Assembly: GCA_965217775.1 (NCBI GenBank)
Contig: CBDCJH010000002.1
Coordinates: 1,568,001 to 1,632,000, forward strand
DNA length: 64,000 nucleotides
Direction of reading: 5' to 3'
Origin: Acidobacteriota bacterium
GTDB taxonomy: Bacteria; Acidobacteriota; UBA6911; RPQK01; JAJDTT01
The notes beneath the pieces are model-generated. The model was not told the origin of the DNA and searched no databases. It was given only the letters and a program-made list of their open reading frames with translations. Shown here one piece after another: positions 59,671-64,000 of the stretch. The position numbers and the translations under genes are program-made. Each line of letters opens with the position of its first letter. Position 1 is the stretch's first letter.

Positions 59671-62532
59671 CTACTCATAGCGGACTGCAACTTCCGTCAG
59701 AACAGGATAGTCCGCTCCGTTCTGGGAGCGAAAGAGGGCCCGGTACTGGAGCCATTCGTTCCCTTCCTGAATTCCTTCGAGAGCTACCATCGAGCTCGCA
59801 TAGAAACTTCCCGAGCCGTTCGGCCCCCGCCAAGGTGAGGACTTCAGTCCCTCTTCGGAGTCGCTGCTGCGGACCTGAAAGAGCAAGCTCGTTCCTGGAG
59901 GCACTTCCGCCTTCCAACTGAGCCGGGTGAACCGTCTACCAGCCGGCACGTCGATAGCCGGGGACAGATATTCCTCCTCAAACTCCCGGCTGTACAGATT
60001 GCCCGGATCCGTCAACTGGGAATGGTGGGGTCCGAAGGTGGGCAGATGGGTCCGCCGGGCTACGGACAAACCTTCCGCGCCGCCCCAATAGATGTAGGAA
60101 TCCAGGTCATGATTTCCATCCCTGATGTGGTTGTGCACCACCAGGTCGCGATACCCATCCCGGTTCAAGTCCAGAATCTGTAAACCGCTGGAAGATTCGG
60201 CCGGCAAGGCCGTCCGCTTCGATTTTCCATAGCGGCGCCGGCCGTCTCCCCAGTAAATGAGAACCGGCAGGGTCCGGGTGTGATTCGACAGGTAACTGAC
60301 CAGAACCAGATCCAGATTGCCGTCGTGATTCAGATCGGCGATGGCCATTTCGGGGGTGTGGAAACTCTCCAATTCCTGCGCCTGGTCGCGCTGGAAACCA
60401 CCAGGACCACCCCAGTAGATGATGGTGCGCGTGTCGTAACTTCGCGTTTCCGGGATCTGCCGGCCGGCGAAAACCAGGTCCAACCAGCCATCCGCATCCA
60501 GGTCCGCTACCTCGATACTCGCTGCGGGCGTTTCGATCACCGTACTCTTCTCCAGCCCTGCCGGGCTTCCCCATAGAAACTGAGCGCGATTGGCCGAGGC
60601 GTCCGGAAAAACCACGTCCAGGTATCCATCCTTGTTCAGATCCGCAACGCTGTGGGTCAAAGAGGTCTTGATTTCCAACTCGAGCTGCTTCCGCTCTCCC
60701 TTCACGAACCCATCGGACCCTCCCCACAGGATCGTCGACCGCGCCTTCCCGTTGCCACGGTGGGAAAAAAGCAGGTCCAGGTAGCCATCCCGGTTGAAAT
60801 CGGCCGCACTGGCGTTATAAGCACCCGACACCTCCACCTCTTGACGCCGGTCGACGGAGTAGCCGTCGGGTCCACCCCAGTAGAGATAGGCGGGGCCGCT
60901 ATTACAGATCACGACGTCCGTCCAGCCGTCGTCGTTGAGATCGGCGGTAATGGATCCGTAGGCCCCGACGCTGGGCAGTGTCGTCACGGAAGCTGTGGAA
61001 TAGTAGTGGTGTGGGTTTCCCCAATAGATGAGGCTGTCAACCTCCGCTTCGTTGGTGCCGCTGGTCTGGTTGATCAAGAGGACGTCTGGCCTCTCGTCCC
61101 GATTGAAGTCGCCGGCCCTTACGCTTACGGCTCCAAAGCCCGTGAGGTCGCTACGCAGGTAAGAAGCGTAACCGGTAGCACTCCCCCAGTAGATGTAGGA
61201 TGGAACATCTGCCGTCTCGGCATCCCCGGAGTTGGCGAACACCAGATCGACATGGCCGTCGGAGTTGAGGTCGGCGGCGTCCACGCCTCTCGCTCGCAGT
61301 GTAGGCAGCACCGTGGAGGGCGCTTTGGCAAAACCCTCCGGGGAGGCGTAGAAAACCGACGAGGCCGCCGCATCCGGATTGGCAAAGGCAAGGTCGACCA
61401 GAGCATCGCCGTTCAAGTCCTGAATCACACAATCCTCAGCAGCTTCCACAGCGAGCATCTGCTTGCGGCTCACGTCGATCCGGCTGCCGTCTCCCGGGAA
61501 AATCCAGGCATGGGATGCCCCGGTCGTTATCACCAGATCGGGACGGCCGTCACGGTTCAGGTCTCCGGAGACGAGACTGGTTGCGCCTTCGACCGAAAAA
61601 CGCTGAACCTCCTCTCGTGAGAAGCCCTCAGGAGCTCCCCAGTAGATGACACAACTCTGCTCCTGTTGACTGTTGTTGACGAAGGCGATGTCGGGTCGGC
61701 CGTCACGGTTCCAGTCGTCGATCGCAACATCTCGGGCTCCAAACGAGGGAAGGGGAGTGCGATTGGCCTCCAGAAAGCCCTCCGGATGGCCCCAGTAAAC
61801 GTAGGACGGGTATCGATCCCGCTCGCTCTCCTGGAGTCCCCGGGCTCCCTCCAGCCCCTGGTTGGCGAAGACCAGATCGGTGAACCCGTCCTGGTTGAGG
61901 TCGGCTGCCGCCACTCCACTTGCCCAGAGTGTCGGCAGCTCTTTTCTGCGGTGGGGTCGGTAGCCGTCCGGTCCTCCCTGATAGACGTAGGCGGTGCGTT
62001 GGCCGGGATAGTTGTGGATGTAGTTGGTGAAGACGATTTCCGGATAGCCATCGTTGGTCAGATCGGTGACCAGCGAGCGCCCGCCCCCGAAGGCGGGCAG
62101 GCTGGTGATCCCAGGACTCCCTTGGGACAACCGTCTGACCAGGGCCAGGCGAGGCTGCAATTCGGGCAAGGGGGGCAGCATTGATTCGAATCCGTGGGCT
62201 GTCCCCCAATAGATCAACGCCTCCGGGTTTTCGATGACGTCATGACTGCTGGTAAAGAGCAGATCCGGATAACCATCCCGGTTCAGGTCCCAGCGGTTGA
62301 TCACCTGAATCCGCGCGGAACGGGAGACGTACAGGTTTTGTCCGCTGTTGCCGGTTTGTCCGCGACGGAAATCTTCGAAGGAGGCATGACGTACCCACGT
62401 CCCCGAGTCGGATCGTTCGGGTCCAGGTGCGGCTGGATGGCTCTCCCCGAGGCCCAGATTGAGGCTCACTCCCAAGCAGAGGAGCAGACCTGCTGTCTGC
62501 CCGGCCGTTGCGCGGCGCCTGATTCTCCTCAT
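59671..62532 (-). CDS. Large secreted FG-GAP/VCBS repeat protein
   Basis: Many DLNxDGxxD and IYWG repeats; signal peptide. Confidence 0.88.
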   Translation of the reverse strand: MRRIRRRATAGQTAGLLLCLGVSLNLGLGESHPAAPGPERSDSGTWVRHASFEDFRRGQTGNSGQNLYVSRSARIQVINRWDLNRDGYPDLLFTSSHDVIENPEALIYWGTAHGFESMLPPLPELQPRLALVRRLSQGSPGITSLPAFGGGRSLVTDLTNDGYPEIVFTNYIHNYPGQRTAYVYQGGPDGYRPHRRKELPTLWASGVAAADLNQDGFTDLVFANQGLEGARGLQESERDRYPSYVYWGHPEGFLEANRTPLPSFGARDVAIDDWNRDGRPDIAFVNNSQQEQSCVIYWGAPEGFSREEVQRFSVEGATSLVSGDLNRDGRPDLVITTGASHAWIFPGDGSRIDVSRKQMLAVEAAEDCVIQDLNGDALVDLAFANPDAAASSVFYASPEGFAKAPSTVLPTLRARGVDAADLNSDGHVDLVFANSGDAETADVPSYIYWGSATGYASYLRSDLTGFGAVSVRAGDFNRDERPDVLLINQTSGTNEAEVDSLIYWGNPHHYYSTASVTTLPSVGAYGSITADLNDDGWTDVVICNSGPAYLYWGGPDGYSVDRRQEVEVSGAYNASAADFNRDGYLDLLFSHRGNGKARSTILWGGSDGFVKGERKQLELEIKTSLTHSVADLNKDGYLDVVFPDASANRAQFLWGSPAGLEKSTVIETPAASIEVADLDADGWLDLVFAGRQIPETRSYDTRTIIYWGGPGGFQRDQAQELESFHTPEMAIADLNHDGNLDLVLVSYLSNHTRTLPVLIYWGDGRRRYGKSKRTALPAESSSGLQILDLNRDGYRDLVVHNHIRDGNHDLDSYIYWGGAEGLSVARRTHLPTFGPHHSQLTDPGNLYSREFEEEYLSPAIDVPAGRRFTRLSWKAEVPPGTSLLFQVRSSDSEEGLKSSPWRGPNGSGSFYASSMVALEGIQEGNEWLQYRALFRSQNGADYPVLTEVAVRYE

Positions 62533-62706
62533 TGTTTCAGTCGAAACGAGCACAGTTTCGCATTCTTGATCAGAATACGGAGCCTGATGCTGCGTCCCTG
62601 CAGCGAATGAAGGCCAGCGTGATCTTCCCAGGTCACCAGCCGCCAAAACGAAGTTTCAGCTTAATCCTGCCTGGCAGCAGGCGATCATTCAGCGGAGCAC
62701 TCCGTG

Positions 62707-64000
62707 TCATTGTTGTTTGAGTTCAGGCGCTTGCAGTGCCGACAGTTTCTCTCCCCGACCGTGGTTCCGCCACCAACGGAATTCCCGGTTGGGGCGATCG
62801 GCCACGGAGGCGACGTCGAGGTCCTGATCCCCGTCCAGGTCCGCCAGAATCAGCTGCGAGCTGCGGCGCCAATTGTCCTTCAGGATGTGCATGGTCCAGG
62901 CACCGGTGGGATCGCCGTGGTGTTCGAACCAGGCGATTCGCCCGGTATCGTACGCGCTGGCCACCACTTCCACGGCTCCATCGCCATCCAGATCTGCTGC
63001 CAGCGCCGAGAACGCGTCCTTGAAGGGTTGCTGAATGACGTGACTTCGCCAAGTAATGCCGCCATCGGCCGCCTGGTTCTCGTACCAGGCGACCTGGCTC
63101 CCGGTTTCGTCGCCACCGCGTAGCCCATGACCATCACGACATCCAGGTCACCGTCTCCGTCCATATCCACTGGATTTCCATGGACCGGGCTACGGACAGT
63201 GTCGATGACATGGGGCTTCCAGGGCTCGGAAGCCGGCGTTCCACTGTTCTCGAACCACAGAACCAGGCCGCCCTTGCCCATCACGGTTCCCAGCAGATCC
63301 GCGTCTCCGTCCTGGTCAAAGTCGGCCGCGCGGATGGTGCGGGTCTCGCCGCCACCACCGATCACGCGCTTGGTCCACTCTTCCCCCTGGTTTTCAAACC
63401 AGGCAAACTCGTTGCCTTTCCAGGAGGAAGCGCCCACATCCAGGTCTCCATCCCCGTCCAGGTCTGCCAGCGTCACGTCGTAGGCGTACTGCAGCTTGCT
63501 GGCACAGTCGGGGGCGGTGGTGATCAGATGGCGCTTCCAGACCTTCCCATCACTGGGGCTCCCGCTGTTCTCGAACCAGAGCAGTTCCCCATACTTGTTC
63601 ATGACGGTCACCACGTCGGCATGGCCGTCTCCATTGATGTCGCCCATGCTGTGGCGCTCGAAGTCATGGCCCATGTTAGAGGGAACCTCGGGCTCGTTCT
63701 TCTGGACGAAGTGGCGGGTGAAGTTGCCTGAGCCGTCGTTCTCGAACCAGTAGATGTTGTTGTGCTGGTCGCAGCAGTGCTCCTTGCCCGGCGCCAAGTG
63801 GAAAGGGTGCTTCGCTCCCGATCCCGTCGGCTGATCGCGCATATCTCCGGGAGAACAGGAATCGGTGCTGGTCAGGTCGATGTCTCCGTCGCCGTCGACG
63901 TCCCCTGACCAGATCCCATAAGCATAGACATAGTTTTCCATGATCAGGTGTTCGGTGAACCGGATCTCGGGGAGGGTGGGGGCGGAGGGCGGCTTCCGCA
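62707..64000 (-). pseudogene. FG-GAP/VCBS repeat protein with one frameshift near 63100-63125 (5' end outside window)
   Basis: DxDGDGDxD...WFEN repeats until VVMVMGY, then they continue in another frame (GDETGSQVAWYENQ...DLDGDGAVEVV) to the stop at 62707. Confidence 0.75.

Overview
GC-rich bacterial window; the carboxypeptidase-domain TonB-dependent receptors suggest Acidobacteriota (inference). In order it holds: the end of an IS1595-family element with a decayed passenger gene; a Fur-box-preceded ferritin; acyl-CoA and 2-oxoacid/acetoin-dehydrogenase-like catabolic genes; a divergent gcvPA-gcvPB-ATP/NAD-kinase block; and two TonB-receptor loci surrounded by expanded hydrolase paralogs (CocE/NonD, BNR sialidase-like, beta-propellers). 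An octaheme cytochrome c and FG-GAP proteins follow. Best find: a 1244-bp element (21794-23037) carrying only a tnpB with an intact RuvC triad and an omegaRNA-like 3' scaffold. It is bounded by 23-bp IS1595-type terminal inverted repeats, one 21/23 identical to the end of the IS1595 at 1227-1249, and flanked by an 8-bp target duplication. This looks like an RNA-guided nuclease mobilised by a DDE transposase rather than by IS200/IS605 or IS607 TnpA. Also present: four 155-158-bp MITEs with 4-bp TSDs, two REP-like families, and a ~110-bp direct repeat bracketing an apparently inserted gene. Start codons were adjusted by eye and functions are motif-based.
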